Positions 30,324-39,057 of a stretch of DNA of 64,000 nt are shown piece after piece. How positions within the stretch are numbered: the stretch's first letter is position 1; every line of letters begins with the position of its first letter. Location of the stretch: positions 310,001 through 374,000 of the forward strand of contig NZ_JABEMC010000001.1 of assembly GCF_013004595.1 (NCBI RefSeq), given 5' to 3'. The DNA is from Brevibacterium luteolum (GTDB lineage: Bacteria > Actinomycetota > Actinomycetes > Actinomycetales > Brevibacteriaceae). The translations under genes and the position numbers were made by a program. The notes beneath the pieces are model-generated. The model searched no databases, was not told the DNA's origin, and worked only from the letters and a program-made list of their open reading frames with translations.

Positions 30324-31355
30324 ATGACGAAGCATTCGACACCCATGACGGGTCCGCTGTCGCCGGTCTCCTTCACCGGCGCCGGATCCGAACTCAGCGC
30401 TGCCCTGACAGCGCGCCTGGACGAGGTCGAGGAGTTCCTCGACATCGCCGTCACGCAGACCGACAAGCTGCCGAACGAGACGTCCCATCATCTGCTGCGC
30501 GCCGGCGGCAAGCGTGTGCGGCCGATGCTCGTGCTGCTCGCCGCCGAATACGGCGACTCCAGCACCCGCGATGTCGTCAAGGCCAGCGCGGCCGTCGAGC
30601 TCATCCACCTCGCGACCCTCTACCACGACGACGTCATGGACGACGCCCCGGTGCGCCGTGGCGCCCAGGCCGCGCACGAGGTGTGGGGCAACTCGGTGGC
30701 GATCCTCACCGGTGATCTGCTCTTCGCCCGCGCCTCGCTGCTCTCAGCCGAACTCGGCATCGCCGCCGTCGAGCTGCAGTCGCGCACCTTCGAGCGCCTC
30801 GTCCTCGGCCAGCTCAACGAATTCGCCGGCCCCCAGCCCGGTGACAACCCGATCGAGCACTACCTCAAGGTGCTGGCTGACAAGACCGGTTCGCTCATCG
30901 CCGGCTCCTGTGAGTTCGGGCTGCTCGCCTCCGGGGCCCCAGCCGAGCTCGTGCCGGTGCTGCGCGACTACGGCGAACGCGTCGGGGTGGCCTTCCAGCT
31001 CGCCGATGACATCATCGACCTGACCTCTGATGCGCAGACCTCCGGCAAGACGCCCGGCACTGACCTGCGTGAGGGTGTGCCGACCCTGCCGGTGCTCTAC
31101 CTGCGCCGGGCTGCCGCGGCCGGTGACGCTGAGGCGCAGCGGATCGTCGAACTGCTTGCCGCCGATCTGTCCTCCGATGAGGCGCTCGAGACCGCCCGTG
31201 CGGCGCTCGCCGCCCATCCGGTGACCGCTGAGGCCCGTGCCGAAGCGCGCCGCTGGTCCGATGCCGCGGTCAGCGCCCTCGCTGCGCTGCCGGCCGGCTG
31301 GATCAAGGACAGCCTCGCCGCGTTCGCCGACACCGTCGTCTCCCGCGTCGCCTGA
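30324..31355 (+). CDS. Polyprenyl diphosphate synthase (menaquinone side chain)
   Basis: GGKRVRP, LYHDDVMDDAPVRRG, KTGSL, FQLADDIID, GKTPGTDLREG. Confidence 0.92.
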   Translation: MTKHSTPMTGPLSPVSFTGAGSELSAALTARLDEVEEFLDIAVTQTDKLPNETSHHLLRAGGKRVRPMLVLLAAEYGDSSTRDVVKASAAVELIHLATLYHDDVMDDAPVRRGAQAAHEVWGNSVAILTGDLLFARASLLSAELGIAAVELQSRTFERLVLGQLNEFAGPQPGDNPIEHYLKVLADKTGSLIAGSCEFGLLASGAPAELVPVLRDYGERVGVAFQLADDIIDLTSDAQTSGKTPGTDLREGVPTLPVLYLRRAAAAGDAEAQRIVELLAADLSSDEALETARAALAAHPVTAEARAEARRWSDAAVSALAALPAGWIKDSLAAFADTVVSRVA

Positions 31356-31376
31356 AGCTCACCCGGCTGCCGGGTC

Positions 31377-32360
31377 CTATGCGCGGTGACCGGCTGCCGC
31401 CGGTGGGGGAGGTTCGGGCCGGTTGGCCTTGCGGATCTCGCGGCGCCGCTGCGCCTGGGTGGCGCGCAGCATGTCGATGGTGAGCATGACGACGGCGATC
31501 CAGATGATGATGAACCCGATCCAGCGGGCCAGCGGCATCTGCTCGCCGAGCACCGTGATGCCGAGGATGAACTGGATTGTCGGGGTGACGTACTGCATGA
31601 GCCCCACCCACGACAGCGGCACCCGCCGGGTGGCGGCACCGAAGAGGATGAGTGGGATCGCGGTGATCGGGCCGAGTGCGAGCATGACGAGCAGATGCCC
31701 GGTGCCCTCGGTGCCGAAGTGCGAGGCACCGGTGACGGTGAGGTAGATGATGTAGGCACCGCAGACCGGGGTGAGCACCGCAGTCTCGACTGTCAGCCCC
31801 TCGAGCGCGCCGACCTTCCCGCCGACCCGGTTCTTGATGAGCCCGTAGAGGCCGAAGGAGAACGCCACGAGCAGCGCCAGCCACGGCATCTGCCCGTAGC
31901 CCACGGCGATGACGACGACAGCCAGGCAGCCGACGATGACTGCCGCCCACTGCAGCCTGCGCAGCCGCTCGCCGAGGAAGACCACCCCGATGAGCACGGT
32001 GACGAGCGGATTGAAGAAGTAGCCGAGTGAGATCTCGACGACCCGGTTGAGGCTGACGCCGAGCAGGAAGCCGAACCAGTTGATCGAGACGACGATCGCG
32101 GCCAGGGCGAGCGTGCCGAGCACGCGCAGGTCGCGCACCGCGGCCAGGACGCGGCGGAACCCGCGGGCGACAATGAGCAGGATGGTGCAGAACACCAGAG
32201 ACCACACGATCCGGTGGGCGAGGATCTCGGTCGGCGTCGCCGGGGCCGCAGCGGCGAAGACGAGCGGCATCCCTCCCCAGAACAGGTAGCCGGAGAGAGC
32301 GAGCATCAGGCCCGAGCGGCGGCGGGCGGATTCCTCGTCAGTCAGCGGGCGTTCAGTCAC
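31377..32360 (-). CDS. rarD: EamA family transporter RarD
   Basis: YLFWGGMP, EILAHRIVWS, SLGYFFNPL, SFGLYGLIK, GLMQYVTP. GTG 32360 has TAGACT 7 nt upstream. Confidence 0.9.
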   Translation of the reverse strand: MTERPLTDEESARRRSGLMLALSGYLFWGGMPLVFAAAAPATPTEILAHRIVWSLVFCTILLIVARGFRRVLAAVRDLRVLGTLALAAIVVSINWFGFLLGVSLNRVVEISLGYFFNPLVTVLIGVVFLGERLRRLQWAAVIVGCLAVVVIAVGYGQMPWLALLVAFSFGLYGLIKNRVGGKVGALEGLTVETAVLTPVCGAYIIYLTVTGASHFGTEGTGHLLVMLALGPITAIPLILFGAATRRVPLSWVGLMQYVTPTIQFILGITVLGEQMPLARWIGFIIIWIAVVMLTIDMLRATQAQRRREIRKANRPEPPPPAAAGHRA

Positions 32361-32481
32361 GAACGGCAGTCTAGTCCACAGCAGGATCGCTGCTGTGACT
32401 TCCCGCATACTGGCCGCTCGAGATGTCGACATCAGGCGCGTGGACGTTAGAATCGTGAGTTGACTAGGTGAAAGGTGTGTT

Positions 32482-33903
32482 ATGACTCGTCCTCTCCGGG
32501 TAGCCATCATCGGCGCAGGCCCGGCCGGCATCTACGCCGCAGACCTGCTGACCAAGGCTGAACGGGAATTCGACGTCAGCATCGACCTCTTCGAACGCCT
32601 CCCCGCCCCCTTCGGGCTGGTGCGCTACGGTGTGGCCCCTGACCACCCGCGCATCAAGGGCATCACCAACGCCCTCATCAAGGTGCTCGACCGCGGGGAC
32701 ATCCGGCTGTTCGCCAACGTCGACTACGGCACCGACATCACGCGTGAGGAGCTGCAGGAGCACTACGACGCCGTCATCTTCTCCACCGGCTGCTTCGTCG
32801 ACGCCAAGCTCAACATCCCCGGCATCGACCTGCCCCGCTCCTACGGTGCGGCTGACTTCGTCAACTGGTACGACGCCCACCCCGATGTCTCCCAGGAGTG
32901 GCCGCTGGACACCAAGGAGGTCGCCGTCATCGGCAACGGCAACGTAGCCCTCGACGTCGCCCGGGTGCTGGCCAAGCAGGCCGACGACATGCTCACCACG
33001 GAGATCCCCGACCACGTCTACGAGGGACTCAAGCGCTCCGAGGTGACCGACGTCCACGTCTTCGGCCGCCGTGGCCCGGCCCAGGCGAAATTCACGCCGC
33101 TGGAGCTGCGCGAACTCGGCCATGTCAAGGACGTCGACATCATCGTCTACCCCGAGGACTTCGAGTTCGACGAAGCGTCGATGGCTCAGATCCACTCGAA
33201 CAACCAGACCAAGCAGGTCACCAAGACACTGACGGACTTCACGCTGCGCGAGCCCACCGGCGCCAAGCGCCGCCTGCACCTGCACTTCCTCCACGCCCCG
33301 GTCGCCGTGCTCGGCGACGAGGACACCGGCGTCACCGGCCTGCGCACCGAACGGCAGGAGCTCGACGGCCGCGGCGGGGTCAACGCCACCGGCACCTTCG
33401 TCGACTGGCCGATGGACGCGATCTACCGGGCGGTCGGCTACTTCGGCACCCCGCTGACCGAACTGCCCTTCGACGAGCTCAAGGGCGTCATCCCGAACCA
33501 CGAGGGCCGCGTCGTCGATGCGCTCTCGCAGTCGGAGTCGGCTGATGCGCCATGGATCCCCGGCGTGTACGCCACCGGCTGGATCAAGCGCGGACCCGTC
33601 GGGCTCATCGGCCACACGAAGGGCGATGCGCTCGAGACGATCACCCACCTCATCGAAGACCATGTCGCCGGCCGGCTGCCGGCCCCGTCGGCCCCGGGCG
33701 AGGACGCGATCATCGAACGGCTTGCCGCCAAGGGCGTCGACTACGTCGACTGGGAGGGCTACCACCGGCTCGAAGCCGCGGAGAAGCAGCTGGGCGAACC
33801 GCACGGCCGTGAGCGGATCAAGATCGCCACCCGTGAGGGCATGCTCGCCGAAGCCCGCCGCGCCGTCGAGGCAGCCGACCCCGTCGCCGTCGGCGAAGGC
33901 TGA
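32482..33903 (+). CDS. fprA: Ferredoxin--NADP+ reductase (adrenodoxin-reductase type)
   Basis: IGAGPAG, GLVRYGVAPDH, GNGNVALDVAR, GRRGP, GWIKRGPVGLIG. Confidence 0.88.
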   Translation: MTRPLRVAIIGAGPAGIYAADLLTKAEREFDVSIDLFERLPAPFGLVRYGVAPDHPRIKGITNALIKVLDRGDIRLFANVDYGTDITREELQEHYDAVIFSTGCFVDAKLNIPGIDLPRSYGAADFVNWYDAHPDVSQEWPLDTKEVAVIGNGNVALDVARVLAKQADDMLTTEIPDHVYEGLKRSEVTDVHVFGRRGPAQAKFTPLELRELGHVKDVDIIVYPEDFEFDEASMAQIHSNNQTKQVTKTLTDFTLREPTGAKRRLHLHFLHAPVAVLGDEDTGVTGLRTERQELDGRGGVNATGTFVDWPMDAIYRAVGYFGTPLTELPFDELKGVIPNHEGRVVDALSQSESADAPWIPGVYATGWIKRGPVGLIGHTKGDALETITHLIEDHVAGRLPAPSAPGEDAIIERLAAKGVDYVDWEGYHRLEAAEKQLGEPHGRERIKIATREGMLAEARRAVEAADPVAVGEG

Positions 33904-33928
33904 CCCCGACCGCCTCAGGCACAGACGA

Positions 33929-33962
33929 AACCGGCCGGCACCCACACGGGTGCCGGCCGGTT
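33929..33962. terminator. Bidirectional terminator between fprA and yajQ
   Basis: 15-bp stem AACCGGCCGGCACCC / GGGTGCCGGCCGGTT with a 4-nt loop. Confidence 0.8.
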
Positions 33963-33976
33963 CAGTCTTGGGGCAG

Positions 33977-34468
33977 TCAGCGGTAATTGGTGAACTGCAA
34001 GTCGACGTCGAGGTCTTTGCCCTTGAGCAGGGCGATGACGGCCTGCAGGTCATCGCGCTTCTTCGAGCTCACCCGCAGCTCCTCGCCCTGGATCTGGGCT
34101 TTGACGCCCTTGGGGCCCTCATCGCGGATGATCTTCGCGATCTTCTTCGCGTTCTCCTTGTCGATGCCCTCCTTGAGGTGACCCTCCAGTCGGTACTCCT
34201 TGCCCGAGGCGTACGGGTCGCCGGTCTCGAGGGACTTGAGCGAGATGCCGCGGCGCACGAGCTTGGACTGGAAGACATCGAGCACGGCCTTGACGCGGTC
34301 CTCGCTCACCGCCTTCATCATGATCGACTCGCCGGACCATTCGATCGAGGCGTCGGTGCCCTTGAAGTCGTAGCGGGAGCGGATCTCCTTCGCCGCCTGA
34401 TTCAGGGCGTTGTCGGCTTCCTGCCGGTCGACTTCGGAGACGATGTCGAATGACGATTCGCTGGCCAT
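33977..34468 (-). CDS. yajQ: YajQ family cyclic di-GMP-binding protein
   Basis: [49 protein letters not shown]. Confidence 0.95.
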   Translation of the reverse strand: MASESSFDIVSEVDRQEADNALNQAAKEIRSRYDFKGTDASIEWSGESIMMKAVSEDRVKAVLDVFQSKLVRRGISLKSLETGDPYASGKEYRLEGHLKEGIDKENAKKIAKIIRDEGPKGVKAQIQGEELRVSSKKRDDLQAVIALLKGKDLDVDLQFTNYR

Positions 34469-34593
34469 GGATCCTCCTGGAGACGGTGACGGTTCGCACA
34501 CCAGTCTAGGCGCTGAGGCGATTGGCGTTTCGGCCGCGAAGCTAGTATTCTTCCATAGGTGCTTGAGCGCGCATGCGCGTCAAGCGCACACCT

Positions 34594-34675
34594 GGCAGGT
34601 TGCCCGAGCGGCCAAAGGGAGCTGACTGTAAATCAGCCGGCATTGCCTTCATAGGTTCGAATCCTATACCTGCCA
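34594..34675 (+). tRNA. tRNA-Tyr(GTA)
   Basis: GGCAGGT/ACCTGCC acceptor stem, CTGA-CT-GTA-AA-TCAG anticodon arm, long variable arm, GGTTCGAATCC T arm. Confidence 0.97.
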
Positions 34676-34680
34676 CAGCC

Positions 34681-34710
34681 AAGGCCCGAGGCGTTCTCGC
34701 CTCGGGCCTT
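34681..34710. terminator. Terminator hairpin after tRNA-Tyr
   Basis: 13-bp perfect stem AAGGCCCGAGGCG / CGCCTCGGGCCTT. Confidence 0.75.
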
Positions 34711-34711
34711 C

Positions 34712-34779
34712 GCCGTCGCCGGGTCTATGCCGTCGCCGGGACTATGCCGTCGCCAGGCCTGTGCGGTCGCCGGGCCTGT
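34712..34779. repeat. Four degenerate 17-bp tandem repeats
   Basis: GCCGTCGCCGGGTCTAT, GCCGTCGCCGGGACTAT, GCCGTCGCCAGGCCTGT, GCGGTCGCCGGGCCTGT. Confidence 0.75.
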
Positions 34780-34813
34780 GCGGCCGGGTTCGCAGGGTGG
34801 TGCCGGCTGCGGC

Positions 34814-35158
34814 TCACCTGGTGCTCGGTTCGTCTTCCGCCTCGGCTTCGCTGAACGCCAGGTCCGCGATCTGGCGCAGGCCGGCCATATGCGCGTCATA
34901 GACCTTCCGGCCGGCTGGGGTGAGGCTCAGCCACGTGCGCGCCCGCTTGCCGACGAAGCCCTTGCGGACGGCCACGATCTCCTCGTCTTCGAGGGCGGAG
35001 ATGTGCTTCGACAGCGTCGAATCGCTGACGCCGAGCTGCTCGCGGATCGTGCGGAAGTCCGCTCGCACACAGCCGTGGAGTCCGGCGACGAGGGCCAGCC
35101 GTGTCGGGTTCGTCAGCAGCGGGCACAGCTGTGCAATCGCATTCTGGTGGGTGCTCAT
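34814..35158 (-). CDS. Winged-helix transcriptional regulator (HTH_34 / ArsR-MarR-like)
   Basis: PTRLAL...DFRTIREQLGVSDSTLSKHISALE...RKGFVGKRARTWLSLTPAGR. AGGAG SD. Confidence 0.85.
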   Translation of the reverse strand: MSTHQNAIAQLCPLLTNPTRLALVAGLHGCVRADFRTIREQLGVSDSTLSKHISALEDEEIVAVRKGFVGKRARTWLSLTPAGRKVYDAHMAGLRQIADLAFSEAEAEDEPSTR

Positions 35159-35180
35159 GATCGTTCTCCTGTCTGGCGGC

Positions 35181-35636
35181 TCACGCGCGGCGGCGCAGCA
35201 CGGCCATCGCCACGGTGGTGACGAGGATGATGAAGCCGGCGGCCAGGTCGGCGTACAGCGGGGTGGCGAGCAGGTTCGCTGCCATCGCCGCGCCGATGTA
35301 GGCGCCCACCTGCAGCACGAGCACCGTGACGAGCAGGGCGGTGTCCCGGCGCGCCCACGAGCGGGCGGCGGAGTAGATGACCGCACCGGGGATGAGCAGT
35401 GCGAGGGAGAGCAGGATCCGCAGGATGAACAGCGGTGAGCCTCCCGCCTCGGCGTCAGCGGCGACGACGAGCGACCCGGCGGTCATCGCTGCCCCGGAGG
35501 CCAGGAGGCCAGCGGCCAGGGGCAGCGTGTTGGCACGCGCCGAGGTGGTGTGCGCCTGTTCGGCTGCGGCGAGTGATGCGCGGGCTTCGGCTGGGTCGGG
35601 GTGCTGGTGGGCGTGTGCTGAGGTGCGGTCGGTCAT
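35181..35636 (-). CDS. Small four-TM membrane protein paired with the winged-helix regulator
   Basis: PAEARASLAAAEQA followed by four hydrophobic helices; GAAGGAG SD before ATG 35636. Confidence 0.75.
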   Translation of the reverse strand: MTDRTSAHAHQHPDPAEARASLAAAEQAHTTSARANTLPLAAGLLASGAAMTAGSLVVAADAEAGGSPLFILRILLSLALLIPGAVIYSAARSWARRDTALLVTVLVLQVGAYIGAAMAANLLATPLYADLAAGFIILVTTVAMAVLRRRA

Positions 35637-35688
35637 CGTGACTCCTTCGTCTCTTCGTCTGTCGCTTTCAGCAACTGATGTCAGAGTA

Positions 35689-35719
35689 TCAACCACTTTC
35701 CAGTTGGGCAAGTGGTTGA
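35689..35719. promoter_or_regulatory. Inverted repeat, candidate operator of the adjacent winged-helix regulator
   Basis: Perfect 10-bp arms TCAACCACTT-n11-AAGTGGTTGA abutting a minus-strand TACTCT -10-like hexamer. Confidence 0.55.
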
Positions 35720-35745
35720 GGTGGGGGAATCTGTTCGGCTGCGCC

Positions 35746-36588
35746 TCAGCGCTGTGTGGCGTCCTCTTCTGCATCGTGGCGCCGACGGCGAGCCACAAGC
35801 AGCGCGGTGATGCCGGCGCCGATCGTCACCAGCCCTGCCGCCAGGAGCAGCAGCGTCTCCGCTCCGGTGCGCGGCAACGGTGCCCAGCGGTCGGCCTCGT
35901 CATCGCGCGGCGGGCTGCGATCGCCGTCCTCGGAGTCGCTCTCAGGTCCCGGCGAGGTGGTCGAGGCGGACGGATCCGGCCCGGGCTCATCGCTCGGGTC
36001 CGCACTCGGGTCAGGGTTCGGGTCAGGGCTCGGCTCAGACGTCGGCGGCGGATCGGGATCGTCTTCGCCGCTGAGCTGGAGAACGAGATCGAGATCGAGG
36101 TACCGCGACTGCGTCGCATTCGGCGCCGAGAACGGCAGCACGGCCTCGGTGTCGAGGCGGGCGGTAGCCTGCGGGGCGAGCTCGCCGAGGTCGACTGTCA
36201 GAGGTTCGGCACGCAGCTGGCGGACGGTCGCAGAGCTCCCGTTCATGCCCACGGCGAGTACATCGTCGATCGCTGCCGTGTCCGCCGGCCCGATCCAGCG
36301 CATCTGCACGCGAACGGCGATCGGCACATCGGTGGCATTCCTCAGCCACACCGTGTCGTCGACACGGTCACCGGGGGAGAGGCGGTCGACGCTGTCGAAC
36401 AGCTGCCGGGGCAGCTGCGGCGCCCAGTGCTCACCGTCGACGGAGACGTCGATGGGAGCCGCCGCCGAGGCGGTGGTCGCCGTGGCAGGCAGCACGCCCA
36501 GGGTGAGAGCGAGGGCTGCGAGGGCGGCCAGCAGGGCGCGTGCGACTCGGCGCGCGGGGGCGTGCTGTAAGGCGGAGGTCTCAAGCAT
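35746..36588 (-). CDS. LPXTG cell-wall-anchored protein with TasA/CalY-like core motifs
   Basis: Sec signal ending TASA|A; LSPGD-WLRN motif; Pro/Asp/Ser-rich stalk; LPRTG at 35877-35863, then a TM helix and an RRRR tail. Confidence 0.85.
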   Translation of the reverse strand: MLETSALQHAPARRVARALLAALAALALTLGVLPATATTASAAAPIDVSVDGEHWAPQLPRQLFDSVDRLSPGDRVDDTVWLRNATDVPIAVRVQMRWIGPADTAAIDDVLAVGMNGSSATVRQLRAEPLTVDLGELAPQATARLDTEAVLPFSAPNATQSRYLDLDLVLQLSGEDDPDPPPTSEPSPDPNPDPSADPSDEPGPDPSASTTSPGPESDSEDGDRSPPRDDEADRWAPLPRTGAETLLLLAAGLVTIGAGITALLVARRRRHDAEEDATQR

Positions 36589-37165
36589 CAGTGCGCACCT
36601 CCTCGGCGTCGGGGGAGTGCTCCTCGGGTGCGGTCTCATCCTCGGAATCCGGGCGGCGTCGCACGCGGTCGCGGCCGGCGAGCAGCAGCTGCCAGATCGC
36701 GTAGCCGATGAGCGTCAGGCCGATGACGGTGATCGCAGCGATCTTCGTCGACCCGTCGATGCCGAGCGCGATGTGTCCGACGTAGGGGAGGTGGTAGACG
36801 ACGACGCCGCGGATCTGCTTGGGCAGCACCGCCTCCGGGTCGGGCGCGTTGTTGGCATCACCCTGGGTGGTGAAGGACTTCTCGCCGGCTCCGTTGACAC
36901 CGATGCCGGTGACCCGGTGCGTGACGAGCGTGTCGTCATCAGGGTTGGGCATGAACGTGATGACATCGCCGACGGAGACCTCGGACGCGCCCTCGACCGG
37001 TTTGACGTAGACCTGCGAACCCGGCGGGATCGCAGGCTCCATCGACCCAGTCAGCACCGTCAGCGGCACCCACCCCATGAGGCGGGGGACGACGACCATC
37101 GCCAGCAGCAGGGCGGTGAGGGCCCCGGCGACGATCCACAGCAGCCATCTCAGGAGGGTGCGCAT
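36581..37165 (-). CDS. sipW: Signal peptidase I, SipW (S26B, Ser-His) type
   Basis: VLTGSMEPAIPPGS (Ser), GDVITF, VTHRV (His), TQGDANNAPD; N- and C-terminal TM helices. Confidence 0.92.
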   Translation of the reverse strand: MRTLLRWLLWIVAGALTALLLAMVVVPRLMGWVPLTVLTGSMEPAIPPGSQVYVKPVEGASEVSVGDVITFMPNPDDDTLVTHRVTGIGVNGAGEKSFTTQGDANNAPDPEAVLPKQIRGVVVYHLPYVGHIALGIDGSTKIAAITVIGLTLIGYAIWQLLLAGRDRVRRRPDSEDETAPEEHSPDAEEVRTDA

Positions 37166-38382
37166 CACCACTCCTCGCTCGGCATGTTCGGGTCGCCGGT
37201 GAGGTTGTTCGGCGGGACGATATTGCGCTCGCAGAAGTTGTTCTGCTTACCGGTGAGGCCGTCCCAGGACACGGTCCAGCCCTGGGAGATGACGAAGGTC
37301 GTCTGCTGGGTGTCGTTCATGACGCCGACGATGGCGAAATCGCGGTAGGCCGGGACGCCGTTGCCACCGGGACCGCGGATGATGCCGCGTTCGACGAACA
37401 CCTGGCGCTGATCCTCCGGGATGTTGCCGTTGGGGAACCGCTCGGCCAAGGGATTATCGGTCTTGCGCAGGACGGCCGAGTCGGTGATCTTCGCCCAGCT
37501 TCCGCCGGTCGGGCGTGACCAGACCTCCCACCGGGCGATGATGTGCGCCGAGGATGCCATCGACGTGCTCGCCGGCCATTCCCATGCCAGCTTCATATAG
37601 CCGGAGGTCGTGCGCTGCTGGCCGCGCTCGCAGCCCAGGGCGGCGCCGTTGACGCTCGTGACCTCCGGTGACGGAATCAGCTGGGGCATCGCCACGCGGT
37701 AGAGGCTGGTGATGTGCGCGCTCTCCGTGCCGTCGGTCGAGAGCTTCTCGACTGCTTCGACCTCGGTTGCGGCCTTGATGCCGGCGCCGGCGAAACGGCG
37801 CAGCAGCACCTCGCGCTCTTCCGTGGTCTCAGATGGCACGCCGAGGTCGACGCGCATGCACAGCAGTCGCGTCTCACCCGGCGGCAGCGTGAACCGTGCG
37901 TCGCCGGTGAGCGGAGTGTAGACACCGTCGGCAGGAGCCGAGGTGCCGGTCTGCTTCACTGTCCACACCGTTTCGTGGCCGGTGCTGTGACATGAGGTCT
38001 CCCCGTGCGGAGCCAGCGTGTAGACGATGCGGGAGTTGCGGATCGGGTCGAGGTAGATGTCCGGCGCGGTCGAACCGTAGCTGTAGCGGTTCGCCAGCGT
38101 CGTGCGCGTGATGTGCATCGTCCGTGCCAGGGTCTGCGAATGATTCGTCACCCTGATGCCCGGGTGGTTCCAGGTCGGCGGATCGGCCGGATCCGGATTG
38201 TCGGTGGAGTCGGGCTGATCCGCGAAGTCGAAGGTGTACTCATCGGCGGTCGCGCTCACCTGATCGGTGGTGAGCTCGTCATACCACCGCGCCAGTGTGG
38301 CGCCGGTGGGAGCGATGAACACGGCGATGAAGACGAGGAGCACTGCCGCGATGGACAGAGGGGTGATCCATGTGCGTCTCAC
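37165..38382 (-). CDS. SipW-cognate exported protein, 405 aa, four Cys, probably two domains
   Basis: GTG 38382 with AAGGAG SD; signal peptide ending TGATLA|RWYDE; LPPGETRLLC; Trp-rich C-terminal part. Confidence 0.8.
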   Translation of the reverse strand: MRRTWITPLSIAAVLLVFIAVFIAPTGATLARWYDELTTDQVSATADEYTFDFADQPDSTDNPDPADPPTWNHPGIRVTNHSQTLARTMHITRTTLANRYSYGSTAPDIYLDPIRNSRIVYTLAPHGETSCHSTGHETVWTVKQTGTSAPADGVYTPLTGDARFTLPPGETRLLCMRVDLGVPSETTEEREVLLRRFAGAGIKAATEVEAVEKLSTDGTESAHITSLYRVAMPQLIPSPEVTSVNGAALGCERGQQRTTSGYMKLAWEWPASTSMASSAHIIARWEVWSRPTGGSWAKITDSAVLRKTDNPLAERFPNGNIPEDQRQVFVERGIIRGPGGNGVPAYRDFAIVGVMNDTQQTTFVISQGWTVSWDGLTGKQNNFCERNIVPPNNLTGDPNMPSEEW

Positions 38383-38429
38383 GGTTGTGCTCCTTTCATC
38401 TCCTGCGGTGCCGGCCCAGCGGGACCGGA

Positions 38430-39053
38430 CTAGGGCGTCACCTGGCGTACGCTGACGGTCAGGGCGCCAAGGTCGATGCTGTTCGCCTCGAATGAAGCAG
38501 GCCACTTCTCCGGTGTCGTCACGGTCGTGCGCACCAGCCATACTGCGGTCCTGGCCTCATCCGGGTCGCTTCCGCTGATCGCCACCGGTTCGTTCACCGG
38601 CTGGCCGTCGCGGAGGAATTCCGAGCGTGCGGTCGTTCCGGCCGGCAGTTCGTTCGTCGCGCTGCTGCGGTCGATCTGCACCTCGGCTTCCAGGTTCGTG
38701 CCCTCGCCGGCGGCGTGGAAGCTCTCCTCGATGAGCAGCTGGTCGCCGGGCAGCAGCAGCTGCCCTTCGAGTTCAGCTGCCGTGAGTTCACGGCACGCCG
38801 CGAACCCGCTCGGTGTCGTGCATGCGGTGCCGCCGGTGAAGGTCCGCTGATCTTCGGGAAAGCGGCTGTGCAGCTGCACCGGAGCGGTGGAGCCGGCCTC
38901 AAGCGTGAGCGAGCCGGAGGAGATCTGGGTATCCGGCAGGGTGGTCTCTTCGTACCACTTCGCCAGGGTGACGCCGGTCGAGGACAGGAGGACCAGTCCC
39001 AGACCGGCGGCCACCCCGGCTGCCGCTACCCGTCGCACGGAGGCAACGGTCAT
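38430..39053 (-). CDS. SipW-cognate (alternate signal peptide) exported protein, TasA/CalY-like, 207 aa
   Basis: TGVTLA|KWYEE...ISSGSLTL, LLPGDQL, GTNL, C-terminal LGALTVSVRQV. Confidence 0.82.
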   Translation of the reverse strand: MTVASVRRVAAAGVAAGLGLVLLSSTGVTLAKWYEETTLPDTQISSGSLTLEAGSTAPVQLHSRFPEDQRTFTGGTACTTPSGFAACRELTAAELEGQLLLPGDQLLIEESFHAAGEGTNLEAEVQIDRSSATNELPAGTTARSEFLRDGQPVNEPVAISGSDPDEARTAVWLVRTTVTTPEKWPASFEANSIDLGALTVSVRQVTP

Positions 39054-39057
39054 CAGA

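Noticed and set aside
34712..34790. Possible mini-CRISPR array
   Set aside because: Units are contiguous 17-mers with no unique spacers, and there are no cas genes in the window.
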